A stretch of DNA of 64,000 nt. Origin: Massalongia carnosa (taxonomy: Eukaryota). The stretch's first letter is position 1. Each line of letters starts with the position of its first letter. This document shows, in pieces, positions 36,668 to 50,000 of this stretch. The notes under the pieces are model-generated. The model was given only the letters and a program-made list of their open reading frames with translations. It did no database searches and was not told the DNA's origin. Position numbers and translations under genes: made by a program. The stretch lies in NCBI GenBank assembly GCA_965645245.1, contig OZ287080.1, forward strand, positions 1,364,001-1,428,000, given 5' to 3'.

Positions 36668-38292
36668 TTATTTCAATTTCTCACCTATCACCGCATCTTT
36701 TTTTTCGTTTTTTGGATATTTTATACACTGTTTGAGGTATTTTGTACATCTCGATTTTATAAATACACCGCCCATCAATTTTATATGTGTACACCTCGCC
36801 CCTGTATGAATTAGAGTTTTTTTGTTACGATCGACTTGCAAATTCGAGCGGCAAATTGACCTTATACCTAGAATCTGTTCTACTGACTTTTGTACCTTTA
36901 AGCAACGAGAAAGGATAAGCAATAGATAAGACTAAAGGAGCAAGTACCAAAAGGATAAGGCCCAAAAGAAAGGGAGAAAACAGGAATTTACTTGCAGTCT
37001 CCCCCTAATACTAATTTCTTATCTCCTATCTTTTTCAAGTTACCCGCATACTTTTTATTCCATGTATATATTGCTCTTATGTCATTTCCCCATATTGTTG
37101 ATTTTGGTCGGTACCGTCTAATTTTCCTTCTTCTTCTCTACCTCCCATTTACTCCACTTGATCCTTCTATTTCCTCTTCTGCCCTTTTGGCACGGTGGTA
37201 CGATAAAGTTAGAAGCGTAGAAATTTAAGGCGGTTAGAGAAGTATAACTATAGGAAGGCATGAAAGCAGATCAATAACGAGATGTTTAAAAGAAAGAGCG
37301 GCCATAAAGCGGAAAAAGTTAGGTTGATGGGAATTTCAGCGGAAAGAAAAGGGGTGAGAGTTATATACTTATTTCTAGCAAGTCTATAGAGTAACGTTAG
37401 CCTATCGCTCTCATCGCCGTCGATAGTATAACACAAAGCTGAATTTGGTTAGCCTGGTAGGGTGGTGCTGTTGCAGCGACGAAAACGGTTAATTTCTCCT
37501 TTACTCGAACAATCACGTGAACTGCCACACAGCAGTAGTTAGCAGTGCACAGTGGCTATAATGATTCGGTTTTTCCAGTGTCAAATCGTTACAAGGAGAT
37601 TATCGTTATACTCAAACCCCAAACTGTACAAAGTGGATCAGCTGGCTTACTAATCAATCAAAGAAAACCTCGCTTTGTCAGCATAATACGCTTTCTGATT
37701 ATAACGATGCACACTAAAAAACCCGAGAAGTGCTAACGATATTAAGTTATCGTTGTCTAACAAAATAATCGATTTCACAAGAACAAATCGCTATAATCAG
37801 ATTGTCAAGATCCTTATAGTTGATAGAAGAATGAAAGACCTTCCCCCTGAAGTGTTGCCGCCTGTGAGCGTCGCTGCCCCCAAGTTCTCTACGGCGCGCT
37901 ATTTCCTCTTCTGTCCTGTTTCTAATTTGAGTAAATTGGTGGCGCCAATCATCCAATCAAGATGGATCGGTGGCTTAGCTATTGCCATTGTTAGGAGGCA
38001 TTGCAATTTCCACCCAGAGCAGGTTAGATAGCCTTGTGATGCTCCGTGATATGATGCGAATATGTTCTTTCCCCAAGTGCGGAGTGCTCATTGTTTTCTC
38101 CGTTCAAACTCTCAAGCACAGGTGTCGCCTTTTTATCGCAAATATTGGATAGAGCAGAGGTTATATATCTTGCGTTTTTACACCTTCTGGGACAGAAATT
38201 TCTCAAACACTGTATCAACACGCTCAGAGATTTGTATGGTATCTGTATTTTGGTCTGACTGATCTAGTCGTTACACAGCTTCAGGATACTCT

Positions 38293-39048
38293 ATGGCCAA
38301 CCTATACTACGGTCGCAATTGGTCCCTAACCAACAATTCACCTTACTTTTTACTCCTGGCTCTTTGCCTACTTCTTCAAACTCAGTTCTTGCCGGCTGTG
38401 TCAGGATGGTCGTTTAACAATTACTCCCCTTGCACCGCTTCATGCCTCATTCAAGCAGCTGATCAATCCGGCTGTCCCGATGATTCGAAAACCTACAATA
38501 GCATGGCTGCTAATGCCTGTATTTGCCCGAGTGCAACCTTCTGGCAATCCAGTGCCCAATGTATTGGAAGGGCTTGCGGCACCTTTACCCTCAACACCGT
38601 TTGGCAGGTTGGCGCCTCAAATTGCGGTCAATCAAATACTCCGATAGGGGTAACGGAGCAACAGTTCTTCAGATACGGGAACTTGCAAGCATCGAGCAGT
38701 CCAAGCTTAGCAACACCCACCACTGCCCTAACAAGCTCTTTATCAAGCGAAATACCAAAAATACCGCCAACAAGCTCTCATGTCTCTCCTGTGTCTTCTC
38801 CCACCTCTGAGCTAGTGGATGTGCTTCAAAAGTCAACAGCATCGTTACAAACCACTTTTCAGACTTCCGCTACCAGGAACAGCCTTGTGAGCACGCCTTC
38901 TCAAAATTCCAAGCCGATAGATGTTAATGTCGTTGATGGAGCTAGCTTCAGCAGAAGCGACAAAATTGCGCTGGGGATCGGCTTAGGAATAGGCATACCG
39001 ACTCTCATACTGACAGCAATTGGTGCCATCCACTGTATCCGGCGATGA
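38293..39048 (+). CDS. CFEM-domain membrane protein (signal peptide, 8-Cys CFEM, Ser/Thr-rich stalk, C-terminal TM)
   Basis: PCTASC-x9-C...CIC-x11-C-x3-C-x15-C; SDKIALGIGLGIGIPTLIL. Confidence 0.8.
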   Translation: MANLYYGRNWSLTNNSPYFLLLALCLLLQTQFLPAVSGWSFNNYSPCTASCLIQAADQSGCPDDSKTYNSMAANACICPSATFWQSSAQCIGRACGTFTLNTVWQVGASNCGQSNTPIGVTEQQFFRYGNLQASSSPSLATPTTALTSSLSSEIPKIPPTSSHVSPVSSPTSELVDVLQKSTASLQTTFQTSATRNSLVSTPSQNSKPIDVNVVDGASFSRSDKIALGIGLGIGIPTLILTAIGAIHCIRR

Positions 39049-42000
39049 TCCGACATTGTCTTGGCTGGCGTACCGAGAATTAATATGATGCTTTAATGCA
39101 TGGACTTTATACCTATGGTCTTTTCTTCATCAAGGCTGAGCGCCGTGACTTATTGAACCATATCGGAATGCTTATCTGGCTTGTTCCAATGCCAGCTATG
39201 TGATGACAATTAAACCATGAAGAGCGCAAAGCATACCGTTCAATCAAATTAGCGAGTTCTCTGAATCTCTTAATCCTTCGGTAACAATGCACCTATATCA
39301 GATGGAAATTCTACCTCTACCCTCAGGATCTGAGTGCTTCTCTGAGCTTGATGGGATTTCAAAGTTTGCGCCACAATCATATTTACGTACATACTTCGCA
39401 TAAGTGGTGCAAATGGACTGTACTGAAGGAGATTGACACTAAGGCAGTTTTCAATCTCTCGCTCACACTTAATCCGACGCATAACAAGTGCATCATAAGA
39501 TTTGATTTCTCTAAATATCTACACCATACACTCTGGGCACCTCCATGATCGCTGTTTCGCGAAAATCCAGGCAAGTTATTATTTGGCCTAACCAAGGATA
39601 CTCTTATGATAGTTACCGCGAAAAGAACCTTTCGTTCTCGGCGGCTGAGCTCCGGAGTAGGGAGGTTGATAAAAGCGTTTCCACTATGTGCCTGAACAGA
39701 TCTGATGTGGACCGCTCCAAAATGCCTTCCATATAGCAATTTCTCCACCCTTTAACTCCATCTACCATCTCCAACCTACCTCCTTCCATTTCTGCCTCTT
39801 TCCTCGCCTCTCTCAGCCGAAACATCGCCCCCCAATGCCCTCCATAGCTACCGGATCGAGCTTTCGGGCATTCTCACCAGCCGTCGCTTAGATTAGATCT
39901 GGCCTCTCCAATATTCATGGAATGAGGGTCGAACTAATCCAGAATCAAAAACAACAGACACGCCTTGTGGAACACTACCGTTCAGTCTCTCTTTTCGGGC
40001 TTTTGCCAGATCTGAGGACATCTCGTCTTATGGAGTTACGGAACGAGCCCGGGGGAGCATAGTTTGATACAAGGCTTTGACAGCGGCGTTAAATAGCTAC
40101 AGGAATATGAGCAAAGGAATGGGGGTTCAGGTACCTGGTCAAAATATTCAGAAACCGTTCACTTTGTAAAACCCTCGACCCCGGCACCAAAATTAGCAGA
40201 GAAAACTATATTCGTTCCTAACGTTTTGTCAAATACCCCTTCCGGCCTTCCATCGCCAAAGCACATACATACATACTGTCAAAACCATTATTACAGTACT
40301 CATCTGATTTACCAATCCACTTCATCCCATCACCAAAAAAACCCCCTTCAATCACCTCCAAGCAACTTCAGGCACAATCTCCCCTATTCCCCAAACACCA
40401 TCGACCTCCTCTTTTCCCCATCCCGTTCCCCAAACCCGCATCTCATCCGCGCTCTCTCCCATCCCAGTCCCCACCCTCTCGACTCGTATTTTCAAATCCT
40501 GTCTAATTCTGCAAATATCCCCTTTCCCATCAAAAATAGCAGCTTACAAGCTCCAGCATTATGAGATAACCAAAAACAGACCTCTAGATATGTATACGAG
40601 CATATACAACATAGAGGTTCAAAAGAGAAAAGAAAAAGAAAAAGGCTCTTCTTTTTTCCTACGAAAAGAGTGCAAAACAAGTAATTTTACTCCAATTAGT
40701 CGCCCAAATCCCAATTCCTAGTTCACATATCCTCTTAGTTGACCTTCGCCCCCTCTTCTCTTTCAGGTTAAATTTAGGAACCTTTCCCTCATATTGTTTT
40801 CCTTAACCCTCTTATCTCGCGTCTTTCTTTCCGTCTCAACCGTTCCTTTTGCCTCGGGATGTGTAGGAAGGAAGGATATTTAGAAGATCGATAAGAAGGC
40901 AAGTGGATTATGTAACCTAGAAGATGGGAGAAATAGACATGGGTAATAAATAGGTGGACAGACAGACAGGCATAAAACCCTATTTTTTGACATCGGAGAA
41001 CGAACGAAGGGGATGATGTGACACGAAGGTGAGAAATCAGGATTTGGGAATACTTTGTATTTAAACCCCCTTTCCAGCCCTCCAAATTCAAAACTTCGCC
41101 GTCGTTCGTTCATCCATCCATAGCCCGCGGGAAATCCTTTCCCTCTCTATCATGAAGAATTCAGAAAAGATCCGACGATGGCAAGCTCGAATGGAGATTG
41201 GGATGATGATGATAGGATTGAAGTGGGGAAAATATCAGGGGTCTCGTTAGGTTTCTCGAGAATCTGCCGTGATAAATCCGATAGAGAGAAAAATCGTCTC
41301 GTGCTTAACTGATTGGGTCATTGACATGAAAAAATAATCAACAGGTATTTGGACAAGGATGAATCTCTCTCCTCTCCTCCGCCCTCCCTCTCCATCGTCC
41401 CCCCCCCTCCCCCTTCCGACCCCTTTCCTCATCCACCAATCCCCCTTCATCTCGCCCACTACTTACTCCATCACTAATCAATTAGTCAGTATTCCCATTG
41501 CCAACTGTAAATCTAAAAGCGAACCCCTCCCCCTTTGTTACCCTAACAACCCTACAATCACCATCCCGTCTCGTGTCGTCCCCGTCCCGCGTTTCACCAC
41601 CTTCCCCGATTCCCGGATCTGATCAGTTGCCTTAGTTTTTAACCGCCAGTCACTGCAGATAATCCTACCCTAGATACATACGGCGTAGAGATTATGGAGT
41701 TGGTGTAGTTACTTACAAGGTACCTGGATACATAAAGTTGCAAGTAAGAAATGTCCATTCTTCCCCTCTTATCTATCATCTACGGTTCATTTGCCATGTT
41801 CATATTCTACATATATAATTATCTACTCATCCTTTCGGTAGTTTAAACATCATCGTAAGAAAAGCCATCATTCTTCAAAGTCAGATAAAAATAATTATAA
41901 ATCCCCGAGATCGAGGTTAGATAAAGTATGCGAACTCGAGCCGTTTACGGCGTCTACAGGTCACTAGTCTGAAGCCAGAGCCAATCAGAAGAACGGAGTA

Positions 42001-42384
42001 AGCAGGACGCCCTTTCAACGTTTCGGGAGGTCGGTAACGTACAAAAAAAAAAAAAACCCCTCAATTAAAATCTTCGAGCAAGGGCGCCTAGAACGTAGTT
42101 AACGACGCAATTGTGCGCGCCGGGTCAATCTATATATAACTTGGTAATGCACTACCAAGCAAGAAGACGAAGAACAGGTACCCCACCATCCTTAGTCGTA
42201 CAAAAACAACGCAGGCGATTCCATTGAATGCGCCTTCCTTGCCGCGTAGAACACAAAAACAAGCTAACAAGCACCCTGCATCACGCCTTACGTAGAAAAA
42301 CTCGCAAATGGAGATTCGTACAAACCCTCGGGCGAAAATATCATGCGATGGAAACAACTTCGGTAAAGTCATCTTCGCCTTGCA

Positions 42385-43554
42385 TCATTGTCCTCCATAA
42401 ACGGTGGTAGTCTGAGTGCAGTGGCCCCACTTGGCCTGGCACCAGTTGGCTGATCCACAGAACTCCTCTCCGGTACCTGTACACATAAGCCTTCGTTGTC
42501 CCTTCACGGGTCAAGTTCGAGAGAATCACTTACCGCAGAAGTTGCTTCCGCTGCAGCAAAGACCGGTGGCGCACTTTGCATTGACAATGGGCCCGCATGT
42601 TTGACCAGTGGTGGCGATCTTAGGAGCACCCGAGGGTAGAGCGGGTGCTTTTTGGTCGGTGGAGCAATCACCAAAGCCCCCTTGGCAGCCGCTACCGCAG
42701 TAGAGGCTCTGGTCTTGCAGCTGGAGAGGAGTCAGGTTAAGCGCGAGAGCCAAATAAAAAGGACTTGGAAGCGAGGAGCTCACATTATTCTTAGGGCCTG
42801 GCAACAAAGGATAAATTAGTAGAGTTGGTTACGGTGTTTCCTGGAGTCCAACATACCGCAATGACCACCTGAGCTACAGCAGCGGTAAAAATATCCATTG
42901 CTTCCAGCACCTGGACAGCTCACACCGGTGTCCGACCCTGAACCGCAAACATCGATGACCGGAATTGAAGACGCGTAGGCTTTGCTAGGCACCGGCGTGG
43001 AGGTAGGGGTAGCGGTCTTGGTAGTGGTCTTGGCAGTGGACTTGGCAGTGGACTTTGGAGGGATGGGTATGGCGGAGGTCTTCCCCTGTGGGAATGTAAA
43101 TCGTTAAGCTTCCGAGGGCCAGGGTTTGCATAGTGGCAAAGGACGACATACTGCGCATGTAGATCCTGGACCGGAGAATTCTGAAAGACATGAAGTTGGG
43201 TCGCACCAAGCGGCTCCAGTATCACACTAGAGTTTGATAGCGGTTAGCTTCATGCTTTTTCAAAACAAAATTCCGGCCAGTCAGCAGAGTAGATAGCAGC
43301 TGAAGTACAAGGAAAGAACTCTTGACAGTGGGACTCGTTGAAGCATAGTAGTATTCGCAGAATGATTTCGGAATCATACCCATCCGTATTGACTACCTAC
43401 GGATTCGTCAGGATACATCAAAGGTGAACGACGTTGGGAAGAGCCACTCACAGCAATTGTTGGGAGCACAGATCTGATTATTGTTATCGGGGCCGCATTG
43501 TTGAGCGACAGCAGTCAAGGCGAAACAAGAGGCAGCAATGGTTGAGAAACGCAT
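42385..43554 (-). CDS. Secreted chitin-binding protein with three hevein/CBM18-like modules, 7 exons
   Basis: MRFSTIAASCFALTAVAQQCGP...C|CSQYGW|C; VCGS...RCCSSGGHC|G; TCGPIVNAKCATGLCCSGSNFC|GTGEEFC; all GT-AG introns. Confidence 0.85.
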
Positions 43555-44601
43555 CTTGAAGACGAGGGGATTGAATGGTAATTAGGGATAGTAGTTCTGC
43601 AATGAATGGATATAAAGCTACTTGAGCAAAGTAGAGACAGCCAAAAGCTTTTTGGATGAATGAGTGTAAAGAATGGAATGAGAACAAGAAGCAAATGGAG
43701 AATAGGAAGTAGAAGTAGAAGAAGTGATAAAGAATCAGAACAAGAAGCGACGTCCGGAAGGAACGTATTAACATAGGCCAAGCAACAGAATACAAGCCGA
43801 GTAAGCTTTTGTAGGTGGGACCTACCTGAGGTCAAACACGGTAACGGTATCTATCTCGCAAGGGGGAAGGCGTTGCCTTCCCTCCAGCCTTGCCGTCGCC
43901 CCTTCATACTCCACACTTAGTAGCAAGACAGACCACCTGCGGTTACGGAGTCAAGCGCCCAAGAATGTCAGTCTACTAGGAATTTGGGGAGTTAATTTGC
44001 CATTGCCCGAAAACGGCTCGAGGCCAAGCCAGCCCCGAAGTTAGAGTAGGCGTTTTGCCCGTGTAGCCTTATAGAGGTACTGCAAAGACACTCTCTTGAT
44101 TGTTAAGTAGAGGCTCAATGCGAGAGGCATCGATCTTGCCAATTTGGGTTCCTTGAAAGGATTGCATGTCTTGCTAAAAGTCTTACTTGGATCGTTGAGG
44201 TTCGCAGACCAAAGAGGAGTCAAATGCGCTGCTATAGCTGATGAACGTTCCCAAAAAGTTAATACCTGCCCGCTTGCGTCGGCGCACTCTGTGTACATCT
44301 ACGTTTTGGAGAGACTCATCGGCATTTGGGAATCGCTTCGATCGTTGGATCTCAGATCTGTAGGGGAAGCCATACGTTACTGGTATGTTTTAGGGTACTC
44401 TGTACTTCGTACTGTTATTGAATAGTAGGTAGGTATAGAGTACGGAGTACTCTATACTCATGTGGCCCAGAAGTCTGTCGTTTCCTTCTATGGTTAGCGT
44501 AAGGTAAGGATCATGACTAATAGAATCGCTTCATTTAAACCTATATTTCCGCTGGCTATTGTACAAGGTATCTGCTACCCGAAAAGGAAACTGGGCCACT
44601 A

Positions 44602-46844
44602 ACGTAACTCACTGGGCAACGGGACTAACTAAATTTCGCTTAATTTCTACAGCCTTTGCATGCAACTTAATCACATTTTACGTGGTTGACGTACAATACG
44701 ACCCCGTCTGGTAGTTTGAACCTTCTTCACCTCCTCCACCACCTCCACCTCCACCTCTACCCCCCCACTCACCTTCACCTCCTCCACCCCCTCCACCTCT
44801 TCTGTCATTGGTTGAAGCACGGGAGGAGGTAGCAATCGTCTTTGAAAAGAACAAATAGGCTTACTTTGTGAACTATCAGGTGCTTTCTGAGGACTTTTCT
44901 GAGGACTTTTCGTCGAAGATGCAGTAGACGTTTGTCCTAGTAAATCAGGTCCAAATCGACACATTTCCCTGAAAGTTTTGATAAGGTCCTGCTCAGCTCG
45001 TTTTAGCTGAGCGGCCTTCTTTTTTTCGTCTTTCACCTTTTGTTTATCTTTGGCCCATTGCTGTCTTTGTTGAACGTCTTCAAGGCTTAGAACTCGAGCC
45101 TTTCCTCCATAGTGAGCCCCGCTACGATTGGCTCGATGATGGCGCCGTACATTGGCCCGAAGAAGCTCGTTGTTGGTGATACGTAGCAAGGTAGAGTCTG
45201 CGAAGGCATATTTAGCGCCTTTTATCAATTTATTTAGCGCTCGAACGGGAGTCGAGTCTGATTCTTCATCATTTCGAATTCGACGAATCAGTTGATTTAT
45301 TTGATCGATATTTGCAGGTGTCTTTTCAATTTCGTGAGAGTTTTGAAGGGTTGTCGGAGTGTTAGGATGAGAGGAGGTGATATTCGTGGTGGTGGTAGTA
45401 GTAGTGGTGGTGGTGGTGGTGGTAGCGGTGGTGATGATGCTATCAGTCTTTCGCAACACCGATTGTTTATTAGTGAGTTTTTGAAGAACTGATGACGGAT
45501 TGTATGGTACTAATCCGGTTGCTCTCCATGCAGTCAGCACGTTTTTTGTGTTGATTGCTTCTTTTCTTGCTTTTTGAATGATCTTCAGAAAATCCACCTT
45601 GTCCACTGAACAGACGTTGAATCGGGTGACGACCTCCAATTGTTTTTTGTACTCCCGTGATAAGGGCCCAAAAACACTCACGTCCAGAGGTTGCAACATA
45701 TGGGTAGTATGTGGAGGTAGACACAAAAGAATGATTTTCTTTTCGTTGCAAAACCTGATGAATTCGGTAGAAATATGGGAAGCATGACCATCTACTATAA
45801 GAAGTCGATATTCACCGTGTAGATATTTTGCAGTAGCAGGTTCAAAACACTTTTTCAACCAATCAAGACCTAGTTCATTGTCTGTCCATCCGTTTTCGCT
45901 GGTAGCTATTTCAGTGTCAATGTCCTCCAGTGCATCGTACCAGGCCTTTTGCTTGTTGACTCCTTTGAAGATGACGAAAAGAGGTAAACTTCGACCGGTA
46001 GTACAAATGGACTCGATCAATGACACCTATTCTCGATTACCTGACTGTGCTGAAAAGGCTTGCTTTTCGTGCTTAGAAATTACTACTTTAGCACTAGCAG
46101 CTACCCCCATCATGAATCCCTTTTCGTCCATGTTGTAGATGTCTTCATCAAGAATTCCGTGCTTTTCTTTCATGGAGAGGAAAAGGTCAAACCAGTGCTG
46201 AAATATCTCTTCATTCTCAGCGAATAATCGTTCTTGATCTAGTGTGCGACTGTATTTAGCCTGCAGATCGGGATGACGATGTAAAAAATACTGTTGCCAA
46301 TTGACTCCTAGCACAGTATGATTCCCCCTTGCTCGTAGTAATTCTATGGCCATCTGACGTAGCTGAGCTATTTTAGCAGGCCAGCCCCAGGCGTACAGTT
46401 GTAAAACCCAGTTCTTCAAAGCGTCTTCCTCCTCGGGGGTCAGCAGTTGTTTAGTTTGATCAGACGTAAATCGTGATTGACGACCCTGAATGCGGGCATG
46501 AAGGGTAGACTTTGAAACATCATATAGAAAAGCTGCCTTCGTAATGGAAAGAGCTCCATCGGCCTGTTTCTAGGCCAAAAAGGCTGACTGTAATCGTTGT
46601 TGATAGGTGGAGGTGGGGTGAAAACATGAAGGAATGGAGGTCTTGTGGGAGGTGGTTTTTTTACCTACACCCATGATTATAAAGTTTCAAAATGATGAAT
46701 ATAATCTACTGTGATGTCTGAAGCTGAATTTGTATGTAAAATGTATGTAATGAAGGCTTCATCATCTAGAGTGGTCAAAAAGTGATGATTTCGGAATTAC
46801 TTAGTCCCGTTGCCCAGTTTGTCCCGTTGCCCAGTGAGTTACGT
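44602..46844 (-). mobile_element. Fot1/pogo-family DNA transposon, 2243 bp, TA target duplication
   Basis: TIR ACGTAACTCACTGGGCAACGGGAC at both ends; TA at 44600-44601 and 46845-46846; subterminal duplicate of GTCCCGTTGCCCAGT at the right end. Confidence 0.95.
44671..46674 (-). pseudogene. DD35D pogo/Fot1 transposase with two in-frame TAG stops
   Basis: HTH and CENPB-like N-terminus, YNMDEKGF, LIVDGHASH, QPLDV. Stops at 46570-46572 and 46027-46029 (GNRE* where GNREW is expected). Poly-Thr microsatellite at ~45388-45433. Confidence 0.92.
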
Positions 46845-47040
46845 TATGCCCGTAGTGTCTTAAAATGTGGGCTCCATGCCAGATTTAGCTTCTCGGAAGA
46901 TATTAATTCCGGGTTGCTGGTATCGTCGCGCTGGTTCGAAAAGGATTTTATATTCTAACCCTTCACTCACAGCCAAGTTGCTCTAGAAGCGTGTTGCTTC
47001 ATCAGCCTCGGTTTTTTTGAGACAAATCGTAGCCGACCTT

Positions 47041-50000
47041 ATGAGAACCCGTCATAAACCTCAATGGCTGATTCATAAAACTAAATGTTCCCAGCAGCTT
47101 CATAGTCCTTTCTCGACGCAAGCATTGAAGACCAGGCGAGCCATCCTTCAAGCTCAACATTCAGATTCATATGCACGCTCACGAAAATCCTCCAACAGCA
47201 AGTTAAATGTGAGGCGACCAGATGATAGGGATAAAGCGGGCCATTCGTTAACTCGATCGAAGAGAGGGAATACACCAAAGGTTTCACCCGCTAGAGGCAT
47301 TAATAAACTTTCAAATCCTTCGGTACACTTGCACTTTGCCTTAGCCTTTGACTGTCTGCTCTGGTCGGAGAGATTTCACACGATATCACTTGAAACTAAA
47401 GCTTTAGCTTTATTTGTGCCTAGTGATTATGCCAAGTACTCGTTTCGTGGAGCCTGGGAAGCTTCATATGCGATCTTTCGTATCTTGCAAAGAATAAGGT
47501 CTACGGAATTTCTCCCGGTGCAAGATAAGGCATTGAATTCAAGCCTTGCTTCCGCTACTCCAAAAACTTCTCAACTGCGATTAGAGTTATACAATTCGAC
47601 CCCTAATTCCGCTCCATCAGCAGACCGTCGGGTGCAATACAAGGCAGTGAATCGGCGTATACCAAGAACACCGAAAAGATCGAAAGCCTTGAAGGCGAAA
47701 ACCAAAAATTTAAACGTATCAAAACCTAGTTCCCGCTCACTTCTGCATCACGTAGGCGACCGGCTACTCGATCCATCGTTTCCCCTAGACCACGTCCGTA
47801 CGGGCAGAATGCATTCCTGGATTCAATTTCTTACTACACCTACTGCAGACACCCCAGGCACTGCCTTGCTACTCCACTTCGATCAACATCGTTATGTTAT
47901 TGGCAATATTCATGAGGGTCTTGCGAGGGCTAGCATGGAGATGGGAGCGAAGTTGGTAAAGGTTTCGAACATATTTGTGACTGGCAAGACGGAATGGAGG
48001 AACACTGGGGGCTTAATTGGAATGGTTTTGACCTTGGCAGATACAGTGACGCCTGCGACTACTCATACGTTAAAAAAGAACAAGGCCGCAGGAGCCGTCC
48101 AACCAACATTAACAGTACACGGGGGAAGCAATATCGCGCATACTCTTGCTACAGCAAGGCGATTCGTTCTTAGGAAGGGTATGCCCGTCGAGGTCAAAGA
48201 GTACTCCGAGAAGACTCAGAGCCAGAGAGTGGCGCAAAGATGGGAGCCTGATTGGGCGGACGAGTGTCTCAAGGTGTGGACAATAGCAGTGGAACCTTCA
48301 GGTACTGATGATATGACAACACCAAAATCTCCCCGGAAGCGAAGCTTTGAAGAGTTTAGCCAAGAATTTGCTTCACCTGCGGAAAAGCTCCAACTTGGGG
48401 AGCCCGGCGAGACTGTATCAAACTGGCAGCAAAAAACCCGAGCGAATGTGATTTCGGAGATGTTCAATTCAGAGTGGCGAATGGACAACCTTCAAGAGAT
48501 GCTACTTGCTGACGTGGTTATGCCCGCAACGATTTTTGTTAGTAACCCTGTCACGAAACAGATTCACCGTTACGAAGGCCCACTTCCTTGGGGAACACAG
48601 GCTGTACCTCATCTCAAAGTCTTGGTCCGAAAGCCTTGGCCAGGGGCGCTCCAGGTGTCTTTGCCGTCGACTGAGCCTTCGGAAACTGCTATATCCTATG
48701 TTATTCGATGCCACGCACAACGTGGAAAATTCCTACCTGCGAATGCAATTGCTTTGAACGTGCCTAAGGGCCGATTATGGACGCAGCTATCTAGAGGGCT
48801 AGATGTGCAGTCTCTCGATGGGAAAACTATAAAACCCGAAATGGTGATGGCGGCGGGTAAGAATGGTGGAGGCGTAGTCATAGCAGACTTGCCATCGCAT
48901 CGTTATGTCCGTGGTCTTCTTGACAGACCAGAGTGGCAAGCTTTAGAAGTAATAACAGGTGTCGAAGCGGTTATTTGGATCTTAGGGCCTGGGGTCAGCC
49001 AGAACAAGGAATTACAAACTTTCATCAATAATCATAAGTCTCTAAAGCATATCGTTTCGTCTGAAGATCATTGTCCTAATTATCTTTCATTTGGTGCTTC
49101 TGCGGCCGCGTCCATACGCATGAATCAAGTTGACCCAAAGCGTTATCCTGTTCCTATTCACAACAATAATAACAACATCATCATTCCACGGCAAGGTGAA
49201 CCAAATGATGAAAAAACCTGTGAATTCGATTTCGTTCAAGCAGAACGTGGGCTCAAACTCCACTTTGCACCATCCATGGCTGTCGAACATGATCTAGTGC
49301 TTCCGATATTGGACACAGCAGCGGTTGCGCAGGAAGTATCACAAGATGTGCTTGAACTGGCAAAAATTGCAAGAAATGAAATATCAACGGAGGCGGTACA
49401 GGCAGAGATCGCGAGCCAAGATTTACCGAGTTCGGACGCAGAGATCATATGTTTGGGAACCGGGTCTGCTGCGCCCTCCAAATATCGCAATGTATCTGCA
49501 ACTCTATTGCGAGTGCCCGGTAAAGGATCATATCTGTTTGATTGCGGGGAAAGCACAATCGGACAGTTGCGACGCGTCTACACACCTACTGAGCTGAGCG
49601 AGGTTCTTCGTGATCTCAAACTCATCTGGATTAGTCACCTTCATGCAGATCATCACCTGGGAACGACGTCCGTCATCAAAGCTTGGTCTGAAGAAGTGCA
49701 TGGCAAGAAATTTGCAGGAGGGATCCCTTTAAGTCAGTCTTTATTGCCGGAACTACCCAACCCGGCCGAGATTTTGCTGACTGGAAATCGACTCTGTGTG
49801 ATCAGCAATGAACCTATGCTAGAATGGCTCCGGGAATACTCTCAAGTTGAGGATTTTGGTTTCGATCACCTGATCCCGATTGCTTCTCACCCAGGATACT
49901 TTGGAAAACTGGAATCACGCTTTTTTTGGAATGGTAGCTCACTGGATTTCCGTCATCGCAAAAATCGATTGTAAGTTCAACCACCTACGTTCTCAATCAT

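Noticed and set aside
37248..37436. LaeA-like methyltransferase N-terminal fragment (DESDRL)
   Set aside because: No SAM-binding motif follows; insufficient evidence.
19722..39048. Extended iron cluster including the CFEM gene
   Set aside because: CFEM lies ~14 kb from ftrA, I saw no ATCWGATAA box upstream of it, and the haem ligand appears absent.
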